Below are positions 24,343 through 38,077 of a stretch of 64,000 nucleotides of DNA, in pieces. Location: positions 27,041,016 to 27,105,015 of the forward strand of contig NC_092374.1 of NCBI RefSeq assembly GCF_030028105.1, read 5' to 3'. The stretch is from Mobula birostris. Taxonomy: Eukaryota. Below the pieces are notes generated by a model. That model was not told where the DNA came from. It worked only from the letters and a program-made list of their open reading frames with translations, and ran no database searches. Both the position numbers and the translations under genes were made by a program. The first letter of the stretch is position 1. Every line of letters begins with the position of its first letter.

Positions 24343-25176
24343 CAGTACTGTGCAAATGCCTGAGGCACATATATATATATATATATAGCTAGGATGTCTA
24401 AGACTTTTGCACAGTACTGTAGTAGTTTTACATTGCTGCTGCCAGAAATAAAAAAATTCATGACATCTGTTAAGTGATGATAAACCTGATTCTAATATGG
24501 GTCTCTATNNNNNNNNNNNNNNNNNNNNNNNNNNNNNNNNNNNNNNNNNNNNNNNNNNNNNNNNNNNNNNNNNNNNNNNNNNNNNNNNNNNNNNNNNNNN
24601 NNNNNNNNNNNNNNNNNNNNNNNNNNNNNNNNNNNNNNNNNNNNNNNNNNNNNNNNNNNNNNNNNNNNNNNNNNNNNNNNNNNNNNNNNNNNNNNNNNNN
24701 NNNNNNNNNNNNNNNNNNNNNNNNNNNNNNNNNNNNNNNNNNNNNNNNNNNNNNNNNNNNNNNNNNNNNNNNNNNNNNNNNNNNNNNNNNNNNNNNNNNN
24801 NNNNNNNNNNNNNNNNNNNNNNNNNNNNNNNNNNNNNNNNNNNNNNNNNNNNNNNNNNNNNNNNNNNNNNNNNNNNNNNNNNNNNNNNNNNNNNNNNNNN
24901 NNNNNNNNNNNNTTCTGTAATGATCAATAAACTAATTGTTTGGAAGCAAATGACCTTGCCTGGTATCTCAGGCTTGGGTGTGTCTGCACCCGTAGCAAGC
25001 TCGCCCGTGGCACTCCTCTGCCACCTGCCCCATACCCCTCCTGTGGTACTCCACCTTCGCTCCCGCCAGATTTGCAAGCTTGCTCCCTGCTTCACGTTGA
25101 CAAATACAGTACTGTGCAAAAGTCTTAGGCACCCTAGCTGTATATATTGGTGCCTTAGTACTTTGGTACAGAACCG
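24343..25176. mobile_element. Composite Tc1/mariner-type non-autonomous element bounded by two ~70-77-bp mini-MITEs; spans the gap
   Basis: Units 24343-24419 and 25107-25176 with TIR cagtactgtgcaaaagtcttag and TA flanks; inverted homolog at 38078-38560. Confidence 0.75.
24509..24912. other. Assembly gap (404 N)
   Basis: Run of n. Confidence 1.
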
Positions 25177-26526
25177 TACACGTAACAAAAACAAGACAAA
25201 AGACAAACTCAAGGTAAAGAGATATGGAGATATTGGTATAAATATTATAGGTTTTTAAAAAATCTCTTTTAAATCATGCAAGTGTGGTATCTGAAAAAAC
25301 AGATTTTTGTTACCATGTTAGAGTCTAATTTTCCTTTTTTGGTCCTTATCTGCCTCTATCTCCAGCTTCCACTGTCTCCTGGCTTGATCCTTGTATTCTA
25401 AGGCTGTGTCTTCTGGTCCTGGACTCTCCTACTGCTGAAAGCATCCTCTCAGTATTCACTTTATCAAGGCCTTTCAATATTTGATGTGTTTGAATGAGAT
25501 TCCACCCCCCCCCCATTATTCTAAACACCAGCTAGTTCAAATCCAGAGCCATCAAACTTTCCTCATACATTAACCCTGTCAACCTACTCCCAATCGACTC
25601 CCTTACCATGGGAAAAAGACTGACCATCCGTCTCACCTTTGCCCATCTTTATAAAACTCTAAGAGGTCACCCCATAGACCCCCACACTCCATGAAAATCA
25701 ATCTCAGCCTCCTGAAATTTTGGGATAAGACCCTTCATCAATCCTGATGCAGGGTCTCAACCTGAGAATGTTGACCATTCCCTCTGTCACCAGAGCACAT
25801 TGCGTGTCCAATGAGTACCTCCAGCAGTCTGTTACTTCTTGCTGCAGGTTCCAGCATATGCAGTTTCCTGTGTCTTCAGCTGCCCAATCTCTTCTCTTCT
25901 ATTCCCATCAACACACCTCAGATTTAACAACAGGCTAGGGGGCAACTTAGCCAATTAGCTCCCCAAACCTGCACATCTTTAGGATGCTGGAGGAAACCAT
26001 GTTACATAGGGGGAAATCTCAAAACAAGCAAGCTCCACACAGACAGTGCCCGAGATCAGGACTGAGCCTGGGTCAGAGGTGCTGTGAGGCAGAGGCTTTA
26101 GCAGCTGTGTCACTATAAGAAATCCTATGCAATAAACCCTGGGGCTTGGTTTGTTTCTTAATGGCCTCACTAAGAAAGCTCACCAGCAACTCTACTTCCC
26201 CCAGAGGCTATGGATAGTTGCCATGTCCTCATTGACTCTTACCAATTTTTAATTGATGCACCAAAGAAAGATTTCCATCTGCACCTGGTTCCATCTGCCC
26301 ATCTTCTGTTTCTTCTCCTGGATCTACCTATCGCCTGCCAGCTCCTGCCTCATCCATCCTTCTCACCTCTTTCAACTCGCTGTTTCCCCTCTGCACTCTC
26401 CATCCTGATGCAGTCCTGTCCTGCTACACTGAAAATCCCTTTACCTACTGAGTTCCTCCAGCAATTCATATTTTTACAGTAAGGGTTGTGTTCGTGGGCA
26501 TGTGAAAGTGAACAAGTTGTGTGGCA

Positions 26527-27460
26527 ACACACACAAAATGGTGGAGGAACTCAGCAGGCCAGGCAGCATCTAGGAAAAGAGTACAGTCGACATTTCAGGC
26601 CGAAACCCTTCAGAGGAGTAGATTTTAAAAGTGGGGGGAGGGGAGAGAGAGAGAAACACAATGTGATGGGTGAAACCTGAAGGGAGAGGGGATGAAGTAA
26701 AGAGCTGGGAAGTAAATTGGTGAAAGAGACAGAAGACTATGGAAGAAAGAAAAGGGGAGAGGAGCACCAGAGGGAGGTGGTAGGTGGACAAGGAGATAAA
26801 ATGAGAGAGGGAAAAGCGGAAGGGAAATGGTGAAGTGGGGGGTGGTGTGGAATACCGTAAGTTCGAGAAATCGATGTTCATACTATCAGGTTGGAGGCTA
26901 CCCAAACGGAATATAAGGTGTTGTTCCTCCAACCTGAGTGTGGCCTTATCACGCCATGGGTAGACATATCAGATTGGCAATAAGAAGTGGAATTAAAATG
27001 GGTATCCACCGGGAGATCCTGCTTTTTCAAGCGGACGGAACATAAGTGCTTGGCAATGCAGTCTCCCAATCTACATCAGGTCTCACCATACACAGTATAT
27101 GACCCCCAACAGACTCACAGGTGAAGTGTCGCCTCACCTGGAAGGACTGCTTAGGGCCCTGAATGGTAGTGAGGGAGGAGGTGTAGAGGCAGGTGTAGCA
27201 CTTAATCTGCTTGCAAGGATAAGTGCCAGGAGGGAGATTGGTGGGGAGGGACGAATGCACAAGGGAGTCGCGTAGGGAGCAATACCTGTGGAAAGCAGAA
27301 AGTGGGTGGGGGGAGGCGGAAGATCTGCTTGGTGGTGGGATCCCTTTGGAGATGGTGGAAGTTTCGGAGAATTATGTGCTGGATGCGGAGGCTGGTGGGG
27401 TGGTAGGTGAGGAGAAGGGGAACCTATCCCTTTGTAGTGTGACGGGGGAATGGGGTAAGA
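26527..27460 (-). mobile_element. PLE 3' portion (GIY-YIG region, 3' UTR, terminus)
   Basis: PGTYPCKQIKCYTC..QGPKQSFQVRRHFTCES; THFNSTS; EEQHLIFRLGSLQPDSMNIDFSN. Confidence 0.85.
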
Positions 27461-27928
27461 GCAATGGTATAAGCAGGGAAGCAGATTACTCTGAGGGCCA
27501 GCATGGACTCCATGGAGCAAGTAGTTTCCTTTTATATAGTTAGCAAATATGATGTTGTTGGGTCTGTGCCATTATTGGAATTGAACAGCAGCTAAACACA
27601 GCTAGTCCTGAAACTTAACTGTACGAGGATTGGAGAAGAGTGATAAATTAATGACACACACATCTTTGCATGAATAAATAAAAAAAATCCCTTTCTGAAT
27701 TCTTTTCTGCGTTCCTCCTACATGGTCTGAATTGCTCAAAGATGCTTTCTTTGAAATGGCTATATAGAATACTGCACTTGGGGAATGTTAATATAAAGCA
27801 TTGCGAAAGACTTGAGAATTTTTTTGCTCATGTGACTTAAGTTATTAGAGTGAAGTAACATTAGAGCAAACAATTTTTATCAGTCAACACCCATAACTAA
27901 CCATTATGTTTTTTTGTGTCTGTTTCAG

Positions 27929-28038
27929 ATTTACCAAACCCTTGACATTTGCAGATTGTGTAGGGGATGAGCTGCCTTTGGGTTGGGAGGATGCCTACGA
28001 CCCACAGATTGGTATCTTTTACATTGACCACATCAACA
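27929..28038 (+). CDS. WWC2: WWC2 (KIBRA family) coding exon 2, second WW domain
   Basis: Acceptor ttttttgtgtctgtttcAG (27927-28), donor GTAAGT at 28039, 110 bp. Translates (R)[46 protein letters not shown] and YIDHIN match WWC2 as I recall it, better than WWC1 (FADCISDELP, FIDHNT). Confidence 0.93.
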
Positions 28039-28079
28039 GTAAGTGCTTCATGCAAAGCTGTGGTTACATTTCAAATATC

Positions 28080-28600
28080 AAAGTTCAAACTAAATTTATT
28101 ATCAAAGTATGCATGTGTTACCATATGCCAGCTTGAGATTCATTTTCTTGCAGGCATTTACAGGAAACAGCACAAAAGAATTTTATGAAAAACTATACCT
28201 AAACAGATCAGGACTGACAATCAACCAATGTGCAAATGAAGAAAGTCTGTGCAAATAAAAATGAGTACTGAGAACATGAGTTGTAAAAAGTCCTTGAAAG
28301 GAGGCTTTATGTTGTGGAATCAATTTAGACTAGTGGTGATTGAAATTATTCACACCAGTTTGAGAGCCTGATGGTTGTGTGGTAGTTACTGTTCCTGAAC
28401 CTGGTTTGGTGGGACCTAAGGCTTCTGTACCCTGCCTGATGGTAGTAGCAAGATGGGAGAATGGCCTGGATGATGGGGGCCGTTGACAATGGATGCTGCT
28501 TTCTTGTGGCATGGCTTTATGTAAATGTAGTCAGTGCTGGAGAGGACTTGGCCTGTGATAGACTGGGCTGTATGCACCACTTTCCACAGCCTTTTTGTCT
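28080..28600 (-). mobile_element. Rex1/Babar-type LINE 3' end about 40 bp downstream of exon 2
   Basis: KKAASIVNGPHHPGHSPILLLPSGR; tail matches 4890-5100. Confidence 0.75.
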
Positions 28601-31600
28601 TTTTGTAACTGGGCATTCTGTTCCAATTAGCCTTCACTCGTTGTTGAAGAGTTTTCATTCTCTTAAGATATAATACTGAACATCTTTATCCATAAGGAAT
28701 GTTACAGTGCAATAATGCAATTTTTAAAAATGAAGAAAGAAATGAACACTGTGCTGGTCCATCTGAGATGTGTTCAGTTAGAGGATATATACCTGAATGG
28801 ATCAACCCATCTTTTTCTTTCCATTTCTGTTCTCTGGTGTTTGGAGTTTTAAAGATCACAGGTTTCTGTGATGTGATCCAATGAGTGTGTGAAGTTTCCT
28901 CCTTAACTTTACCATATTTAATCTTTTCTTCTCCAATGCTCATCTAATGAGCCCTCCTTTACATCCAAACTGTATAAGAATCTTCAATTCCCTTTTGCCC
29001 ATTATAAGTCAACACCATATTCAACCAGACTGAACTGATTTTGCATTCTTTCCTCTTTTTGGGAGCGGATGCTTTCTGTGAGCCGCTCACTGCAAACACA
29101 ATTCAAAACTGCATTCCTCTCAAAAGCATTTTGCAAGTTGTGGATTGGAAAAAAAACATAAATGGTTCTAATTTTAAAATTATTGCAATAATTTGCTACA
29201 TGCCAATGCTTGTGAAATGCATAAGGTGCTGGGAACTCTGAGGGGCTATCTATACATATCGCTTTATTAAACTATCCTTTAAAAAAAGATCTATTGTGTG
29301 CAATATTCATCTGGTATCTTCAGTGCTGAGCTCAGTTCAATAAAATTCCTGCAAGTTGAGCTTTTTAACATGCATTTTCTCATAGAACATATTAAAAGCC
29401 TTATTCCCGCATGTGGTACCAGGTATGATTGTCAGCCAGCTTTGCTGAGCTGTATAAATTAGTGGGTGCTATTTTTCATTTTCTTCTACAAAAATAAGCT
29501 TGAAAATTATATTTACTTAAAGTGAGAAAGAGATATTGTTTTGATTTGCTTTGGGATCGAGGTGTCTTTTTAAATGGGTAAATTTATTTTTCATGTTGTT
29601 CAATCAGCTTGGCTGAGCAGTTGTTGAAATTCCAGTGTGACCAGATTGATTTGGATGTATTTCTGTAACTGCTGGCCAGTTCAGAAACTTGTTTAGTTGA
29701 AAGTGGAGTCATGCTCTTGGTAGACTGCCAGGGATTTTGCTGTCTATGTGGGTGGGCTGAAGAGACCAGTGTCTATGTTTCTGCCCACCTGCCTTTGGAT
29801 TTGGGTTTCACAGGCAGCTCACAAGTACAGAGGTGTTTACCACAGTTCAGAATGACCAGCACAAGAGGCAGAAGCTTGTGCTTTTAACTAATTTGCTCTC
29901 CTACCACTCAGAAGGTGCAGGGGGCAGCAGGTGTATGGGAACATCTCCACCATCATGTACACACATCCTCCTTCATTGTCACGGGGTCAAAGTTTCAGAG
30001 CACCCTTCCCATCCACTTGAACTGGGAGAGCTCAAGTGTGTTTCTCAGGGTAATAAACAGTGGCATTGTTCTTGTTCCATAGTTACATCGAGCAATAAAA
30101 AGCATGATTTTGCCTTGTTTTTGTTGCAAAGAAGTAGATTATCTTGACTCCACACAAACTCTCACAGAAATCAATGCACTTCAACTTCTTATTACTTCTC
30201 ACATCTGCAAGTTTTACAGGGAATTCACTGACTGCGTGGATAAGAAATTCTGAATGTTATCAAGTGCCTTTTTAAATAAAATTTAGGGTTAACTTTATAC
30301 CAGAGCCGGAGAATTGACTAATTTTTAATTTTTCGTTAAATTTGTGTCAGTTCATTTTACCACAATGGCTGAAGAATATAATTACTTTTATCTCAACAAA
30401 CATGGACAGTTTGTTTTAGTAATGTCCAATTAAGTGCTCTCATGGGGAAGTTAATGCTGGAGGCTCATATTTAAAAGAATCTGCACAGGGAATATTTGAG
30501 TTTATTTAACTGTGAAAACGACAGTCAACAAGGAGACTGGATAAATCCAGGTCTCAATAGTGACCTCAATAGTGATTACGTTTCAGTTGCATTAGCATGG
30601 TGGTTATGTTATGAGGCTTATATCAAAAGACTTGTGCTAGTTATCCAGAGATGTTCAAAATCTATGCTGTTAGCCATGGAATTTAAATGAAACGGCAATC
30701 TTAAAAAATGCTAGTTTCATTTATAAGCATTAATGGGAGGAGAGGAGGATTATAAAGAAAATGATACATTAATGTACTTCAGGGAAGAAAATTTGCCATC
30801 ATTACCTAGTCTAGCCTACATATGATTCCATACCCACCAATGTCATTAAGTCCTAATTGGGTAAAATTGGAGACATTCCAGGCTGGCAGGTATATGTCAA
30901 ATATGGACAAATGTCCACATCCAGTAAATAATCTTTTCAAACAACAAAGAAAGCCAATGAACCATGTGTAAGCCTTTTCCAATTTCAGGAAGTACTTGCC
31001 TTGTAGTCAGTGAAACGGAGTCTCACTTGATTCTTGCTTTGGCCTGTATGAAAGATCAGAAGAATGAGGAGTTATCCACCTTGAGGTGTACGAGATTCTG
31101 ATGAGGAATGTGACGTAGATGCTGACCAATTGTTTCCTGCAGCTGGACAGTTGAAAGGAAAAGGGTGGGACACTAGACTGAGGTGAGGACAAATATTTTA
31201 ACCAAGAGGACAGTAAGTCTTTGGAATTCTGTACCTCAGAAGGCTGTGGATACTTGCCCTTGAAAATTGTCAAGGTTGAGATCAGTAGTTTTTGGACAAC
31301 AAACAAATCAGGTGTGGAATTCGGCTTGGGATATAGAATCAGCTGTGATCTTATTGAAAGATGGGTGAGTCTCAAATGTCTGCTCCTGTGTTAATTTGTT
31401 TGATCTGATACAAAGTTTTGTAGAGGGATTTAATAATCGTTTGCATCAGGAAGCTTCCCGGATCCGAAAGCTGAAGGATGCACGGAGCAGCTTTTTTGAG
31501 AGGGTGCGTTTTTCAAACAATGGTCATTGTTTCCTTGCTGTGATCAGTCAGAATGTGTGTATGTAGCACTTTGATGGGGCAAGCGTGTACTTCATAATGA

Positions 31601-31939
31601 GGGACTGATTGATAGTGTTTCAAATTTAGTTCTGTGGTGTGCCAATCAAACAGTTCTTTTCTCCAAAAAAAACAGTCAGGAGTAAGAGGTTTAGAGGAGA
31701 CGTGAGAGGGAACTTCTTAACCCAGAGAATGGTGAAGTACACTGCCTGAGAGGGTGCTGGAAGCAATATCACCAGCAGCATTTAAGAAGTGTCTACATGA
31801 GCATTTAAATTGTGCATGGGCCATGTTCTAGAACATGGGAGTGTACGGATTGGTACATGATGGTCAGTATGGACATTGTGGGTCGAATATACGTCTATGG
31901 CTCAGTGACTTTATAATGCTGGATGGAGAAAACCTTCTG

Positions 31940-34630
31940 GCAAGATGGTGAAGCATTTGGTCGCAGCAGTCTCTCCATATCCAACAAACGTTGCAAATGT
32001 TTGTCTTAAACATTTTTCTTGTGGTCACAAGTTCCTGTTCGACATTGGTAATGTAAAATACTGAAACTGGCAGTCACTGTTTTGGGGAAATTGAGAATCT
32101 TACAATTAAATGCCTGCCGTATTATCTGGTCGGGGAGTTTACTGTTGTGTTCATCACTGCTGTCTACTTCCCCTCTGAACGTGAATGCCAAGGACGCAGT
32201 GGGAGAACTTTACAGTACCATCAGCTCTCTACAAGATAAGCATCCAGACGGTCTCTTCATAATTGTGACACACTTCAATCATTTTAACCTGCAGGAGATT
32301 TTATCCAAATTCCACCAACGCGCCACCATGGCCACTCGGAGAGAAAAAAGACTGGACCATGTTTATACAAATAGGCGTGGTACTTTCAAAGCCATCCCAC
32401 ACCCGCATTTTGGGTTCTCTGACCACATCTCCATAAAGTTAATCCCAGCTTACTGACCACTGCTGAAAATGGAGAAACCAGTCAAGAGGACAATCACTGT
32501 CCGGCCTAATGAAGCAATCTCTATGCTTCAGGACTGTTCTGAATGGACCAACTGGCAGATGGTCAAGGAGGCCACTGCAATCGGAGTAGACACAGGTCTC
32601 AAGGAACATGTGTGATCTGTCATTAGCTACATCAGCAAGTGTGCAAACAATGTTGGTAACCAAAAACGATCATCCCACTGTCCAACCAGAAGTCCTGACT
32701 GAACACAGAGATGCGCTCCCTATTAAAAGCCTGGGAAGCTGCCTTCAGGTTGGGTGACAGAACAGCTCTCAGATCAGCCAGGGGAAATCTCATCGGAGGC
32801 ATCAAGAGGGAAAAGGCCGCCTATGCACAAAAAATTCAGGGACAGCTGTTCGATAGCATATGTGGCTGGGCATCAAGGGCATTACTGGCTACTCAAGGGA
32901 AAAGAGCATCGACTGTACCAGTGACGCGTCACTCGCTGATGCTCCAAACAGCTCTTATGCATGTTTCAAAGCGTGCAACACAACGCTGGCCATGAAATCT
33001 GCCCCTCTCCCAGGTGAGCAGCCACGGTCTGTAACAGCAGCAGATGGGAGAAGGACTCTGCAGAGAGTCAACTCCTATAAGGCAGCCGGGCCACAAACAT
33101 CCCAGGCCAAGTACTCAGAGAGTGTGCACACCAGCTCACTGGCATCTTCATGGACAACTTCAACAGTTCACTCATCCAGGCTGCTGTACCCACATGCTTC
33201 AAATCAGCCACCATCTTCCCTGTACCAAAGAACTCTACACCTTCAGAACTAAATCACCACTACCCAATGGCACTGACACCAATCACCATGAAGTGCTTTG
33301 AACTGCTGATAATGGCACATATTAAATCTCCATTCCTGCCACATTCGACACTCACCAATAACAGAATCGCTGCATGACAGATGCCATAGGAGCTGGCTTT
33401 GATATACCTAGAAAACAAGGGCACTTATGTCAGAATGCTGTTTCTGGATTTCAGTTCAACATTCAGCACCATTGTCTCACAGACCCTGGTGAACAAACTC
33501 TACTCCTCGGTCTAAATACTCCACTGCGCAACCGGCTGTTGGACTTCCTCACCAACAGACCTCAGATCGTCAGGGTGCACAACCGCTCCTCCCTCCCCAT
33601 CGTGGTCAACACGGGTGCCCCCAGGGGTTGTGGGCTGAGCCCACTGCTGAACATTCTGCTCACGGCCGGACACCCGAGTAATCACATCGTCAGCTTCGCT
33701 GATGACACGACAGTGGCGGGGCTCATCACGAACAACGATAAGAAGGTCTACAGAGAGGAGGTGGAAGAGCCCAAGGCCTGGTGCCAGACAAATAATCTCT
33801 TCCTCAGTGAAAACAAGACGAAAGGGATGGTTATCGACTTCAGGAGTACTCGCGCCATTCACACCCCTCCCCTTTACATCTACTACAAGCAGTTTCAAAC
33901 TCCTGGGAGTGCATATCATGCACAATCTCTCATGGTCCTAGAACACATCCTACTGAGACAAGAAAACATCCCAACACCAGTACTTTATGAGGAGGCTGAA
34001 TGGAGCTGGACTATGCACATCTGTAGGCACATCATTCTACAAATGCCCAGTCGAAAGCATCCTGACAAGCTGCCTCACTGCATGGCACGGAAACTGCACT
34101 GCAGTGGACAGGGAGGCTCTGCAATGGGTAGTCAAAACTGCCCAACGCAACACTGGCATCAGCCTACCCGCTATTAGGGACACACAGTATATACAGAAAG
34201 GGGCCAGTAACATTATGAATGATTTCACCACCCTGCTCATGGAGTGTTTGTCCCACTCCCATCAGAGAGAAGCAATGTCGCATCCATGCCAAGACCACCA
34301 GACCGAAAAACAGTTGCTTTCCCCAAACAGTAAGACTGATCAACACCTCCACCCATGAATTGCACCACTACAGTTCGACCTTCACTAATCCGACTACCTG
34401 TAATCTGGTTCCTTCGATAATCTGGCACTGATTATGCTTAATGTGATCCTTCTGAAGTTCGGCATTTTCACTCATCCTCAGGCCTCAATGGTGCCAGATT
34501 AGTGAAGGTCGACTTGTACTATTATTGTCTTCTTTATCTTTTGTGGGTTATTTTGTGCTGCATTGGATCTGGAGTAAGAATTATTTTGTTCCCCTTACAC
34601 CTGTGTAGAGGAAATGACATTAAATAGTCT
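31940..34630 (+). mobile_element. Long degraded Rex1/Babar LINE (APE endonuclease plus RT)
   Basis: LDHVYTN..KAIPHPHFGFSDH (APE); KAAGP; [15 protein letters not shown]; [11 protein letters not shown]; GAPRGCGLSPLL; FADDTTVAGLI. Multiple frameshifts. Confidence 0.88.
34371..34516. mobile_element. Tigger/pogo-like MITE, copy 2
   Basis: TA|cagttcgaccttcactaatc...gattagtgaaggtcgacttg|TA. Confidence 0.8.
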
Positions 34631-34649
34631 TGAAGTTCGATTTATTGAT

Positions 34650-36025
34650 TCATTGGTGAGCCCGATGGCGTGGGAGTTCCGTGGCCTTGGTTGTGGCACA
34701 GACTAGGCCCTCATGCCACTGCATCACCTGTTACGGCCACCTGGGGGAGGAGGCGCCAGAGGCAGCGTGAGCGAGAACAGAGGGTCAGTGAATACTCTGG
34801 AATCCACGCTGTGTTGGGGGCTGGCCTCTCCCTTCTGTGTTGCTCTCTAATGTTCGCTCCCGAAAAGACAAGCTGGATTGTCTACACTTGCGGCAGACCC
34901 TGAGTGGTATAAGCTGAGTTTGGCTTCACCTGCGGCTGAACTAGCACAAGATGAGGGTCCAGGGCATCATGGCTCCAGGACACCCAGGCATCGTCAATCT
35001 TCCTGCAGTGCTGCTCAGGGAATTACACTAATATGATCCTTTCTGACTGTATGTGCCATTGTAACTATATGTGCTGTGTGTGACTGTATCCACTGTGTGC
35101 GAGTGTATATGCTGTGTATGATTGGATATGCTGTGTGTGACTGTGTATGCTGTGTGTGACTGTATATGCAGTGTGTGATTGGATATGCTGTGTGTGACTG
35201 TGTATGCTGTGTGTGACTATACGCTGTGTGTGACTGTGTATGCTGTGTGTGACTATACGCAGTGTGTGACTGTATGTTCTGTGTGTGATTGGATATGCTG
35301 TGTGTGACTGTATACGCAGTGTGTGACTGTATGTACTGTTTGATTGGATATGCTGTGTGTGACTGTATACGCAGTGTGTGACTGTATGTACTGTGTGTGA
35401 TTGGATATGCTGTGTGTGACTGTATACGCAGTGTGTGACTATGTACTGTGTGTGATTGGATATGCTGTGTGTGACTGTATACGCAGTGTGTGACTGTATG
35501 TACTGTGTGTGACTGTATATGCAGTGTGTGACTGTATGTACTGTGTGTGATTGGATATGCTGTGTGTGACTGTATATGCAGTGTGTGACTGTATGTACTG
35601 TGTGTGATTGGATATGCTGTGTGTGACTGTATGTACTGTGTGTGATTGGATATGCTGTGTGTGACTGTATATGCAGTGTGTGACTGTATGTACTGTGTGT
35701 GATTGGATATGCTGTGTGTGACTGTATATGCAGTGTGTGACTGTATGTACTGTGTGTGATTGGATATGCTGTGTGTGACTGTATGTACTGTGTGTGATTG
35801 GATATGCTGTGTGTGACTGTATATGCAGTGTGTGACTGTATGTACTGTGTGTGATTGGATATGCTGTGTGTGACTGTATGTACTGTGTGTGATTGGATAT
35901 GCTGTGTGTGACTGTATATGCAGTGTGTGACTGTATGTACTGTGTTTTGCAACTTGGCACTGGAGGAACGCTGTTTCATTTAGCTGTGTACGTGTGATTT
36001 GTTGAATGACTGTTGAACTTGAACT
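34650..36025 (+). mobile_element. Internally deleted LINE (APE N-terminus plus 3' tail) carrying the minisatellite
   Basis: PLPSVLLSNVRSRKDKLDCL at about 34826-34885; 35945-36025 is the reverse complement of the LINE tail at 9268-9360. Confidence 0.6.
35065..35945. repeat. Minisatellite of ~18-bp units with 36/54-bp higher-order pattern
   Basis: Variants gtgtgtgattggatatgct, gtgtgtgactgtatatgca and gtgtgtgactgtatgtact alternate regularly. Confidence 0.95.
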
Positions 36026-37775
36026 GTAAGAAACTCCATTAAATGTTCACTGCATGACTAGAAAATTCCATCCATGCTTGCTAGCTCTGAGAAAATTACT
36101 GAAATTTCTTTTACATGTAAAGCAGGTTTTGTCTCTGTCCTTAGGGTAAACTGCATTTGCCGTAAACAACAAAACACACCATGTGTGTAACAAACAAAAT
36201 GCAAAGGGGCACTGCAAACTTGGTCTTTTGAGAACTCTCACATTAAATCTGCCTTGCTGTGGGGTTTGCTAAGTGGAGTCAGGCTTTGTTTCCAAGAATC
36301 CTGCTTGGTTGCATCAGCAGCAGTGAGTTGCCTTTGAGAAGGTTCAAAGGCAGGTCAAGTGTAACATACCAGATGTCAATAGAATAAAGCATGCTTTAAT
36401 CCACCTGAGTAGAATGCAAGTCAGTACAATGTACTGATCCACTTTGGTGGTTTCCAGAGATATGTAGCTTTGGATTTTCTCCTATTGATTACTTTCTTGG
36501 CAATTTTCCCTCTTCATTATTCATTCCACCTCCCTCGTCCCCTCCCCCAGCTCTACCTGCTTTCTCTGATCTGATTAATGGTCTACGACTGCAAAGCTTA
36601 GCATTAGAGATACCAGGCTGCTTTCAAATTAAAGGCATTAACTGTAGCCATCTAAATCTTCTCACGAGGAAAATTGCCACATGTCATTCTAAACCACAGC
36701 CACCAGGACCACCAAGACAGTTTTGCTGCCAAAGTGGAGAAAGAATTGGCAACGCTTCCTGCTTTACTCTTGTGTGTGAGTATCTGGTGAACCGAGGACT
36801 GGACTGAGGTGAGATGTAATCTCCATCACGGAATAACGGGTGAAAGTATTATAAGGAGCTGGCACGGAAGTGAGGAAAGACTTCTTCACCTTTGGAATTC
36901 TTTCCCCTGGAGGGTTTTAAAGAGATAAAGATAAGCGTTATTTGTCACATCTACATACAGCGAAATGTTTCGTTTGCATCAGATCAAATCAGCGAGGAGT
37001 ATGCTGGGGGCCGCCCACAGGTGTCGCCACGTTCCCGGTGCCAACATAGCTTGCCCACAGCTTACTGACCCTAAGCGTACGTCCTTGGAATGTGGGAGGA
37101 AACCAGAGCATCTGGAAGAAACCTACAAGGTCACGGGGCAAACATGCAACCTCCAGTGATAGAAATCAAACCCCGATCAATGATTGCTGACGCCGTAAAG
37201 TGATTTGCACTGACTGCCGTGCTACCGTACCATACCATAGTGTGGGGACTCATTCACTGAGTTCATTATAAATGTAGATTTCTCCTGATGCAGGAGAATA
37301 GTGCAGAGGTGTAGGTCAGCCATAATGAATGGAGAAGCAGGAGTGAAGGGGCAGATGGCCTACTCTTGCTCTTGCAGTAATAGGAAATTAAATATTGGAA
37401 GCTCAAAGATACAAAGAGCATAGCACCATTGTATGCTACCTCGTGGAATTTTCCTGTGGTTATACAGCAGTCTATGATCCTAAAGGATCTTGACAAAGTG
37501 GATGTTTATTTTTGTGGAATATTTCAGATCTACAGTCACTGTTTAAAAGTAAGGGGGTTGCTCATTTATGCTGGAGGTGAGATAAGTCTTTTTTTCTCTC
37601 AGAGGAATGTGAGCCTTTGAAGCTTTCTTCCTCAAAGGGCGGCGGAAATGGAGACTCTGAATTTTTGCGAGGTAGAGATCGATGGATATTTGACTGGGGT
37701 GAAAGATGACCACGGGTAGTTGGGAGTTTGGAATTGATGCTACCATCTGATCGACCATGCTCTTAAAAAATGGTG

Positions 37776-37935
37776 GACGCAGGAGATTCTGCAGATGCTG
37801 GAAATCCAGAGCAAAACACACAAAATGCTAGAGGAACTCAGCAGTTCAGACCGCATCTGTGGAGAAGAGTAAAACATCGATGTTTCAGGCGGGGGAGGGT
37901 CTTGGCCTGAAACATGGACATTAATTTCCCTCCAT
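37776..37935. mobile_element. PLE terminal element with short fold-back
   Basis: tgtttcaggc..gcctgaaaca inversion at about 37881-37914. Confidence 0.7.
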
Positions 37936-38077
37936 AAAAAATAGTGGTGCAGATACAGAATCAAAATAATTGATAAGCTTAAATCAGGAGGCCTGTGAGT
38001 AAGATCAAAATCTTTCAGCAAGATTTAAACTGAGCCATTTGAGAACAATAACCCTCACTTGCAGTGACCTTGAGATA

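Noticed and set aside
24474-25258. Long ORFs with X runs
   Set aside because: Artefacts of the N gap.
27906-28136. ORF-track ORFs 27906-28136 and 53948-54247 as standalone genes
   Set aside because: Only the spliced portions match WWC2; the extensions are intronic read-through.
33374-34177. 267-aa RT-like ORF as an active or domesticated gene
   Set aside because: Drifts in and out of the RT frame; the element has many frameshifts and stops.
35065-35979. 304-aa and 173-aa His/Thr-rich ORFs
   Set aside because: Translations of the minisatellite; stop-free only because the unit lacks stops.
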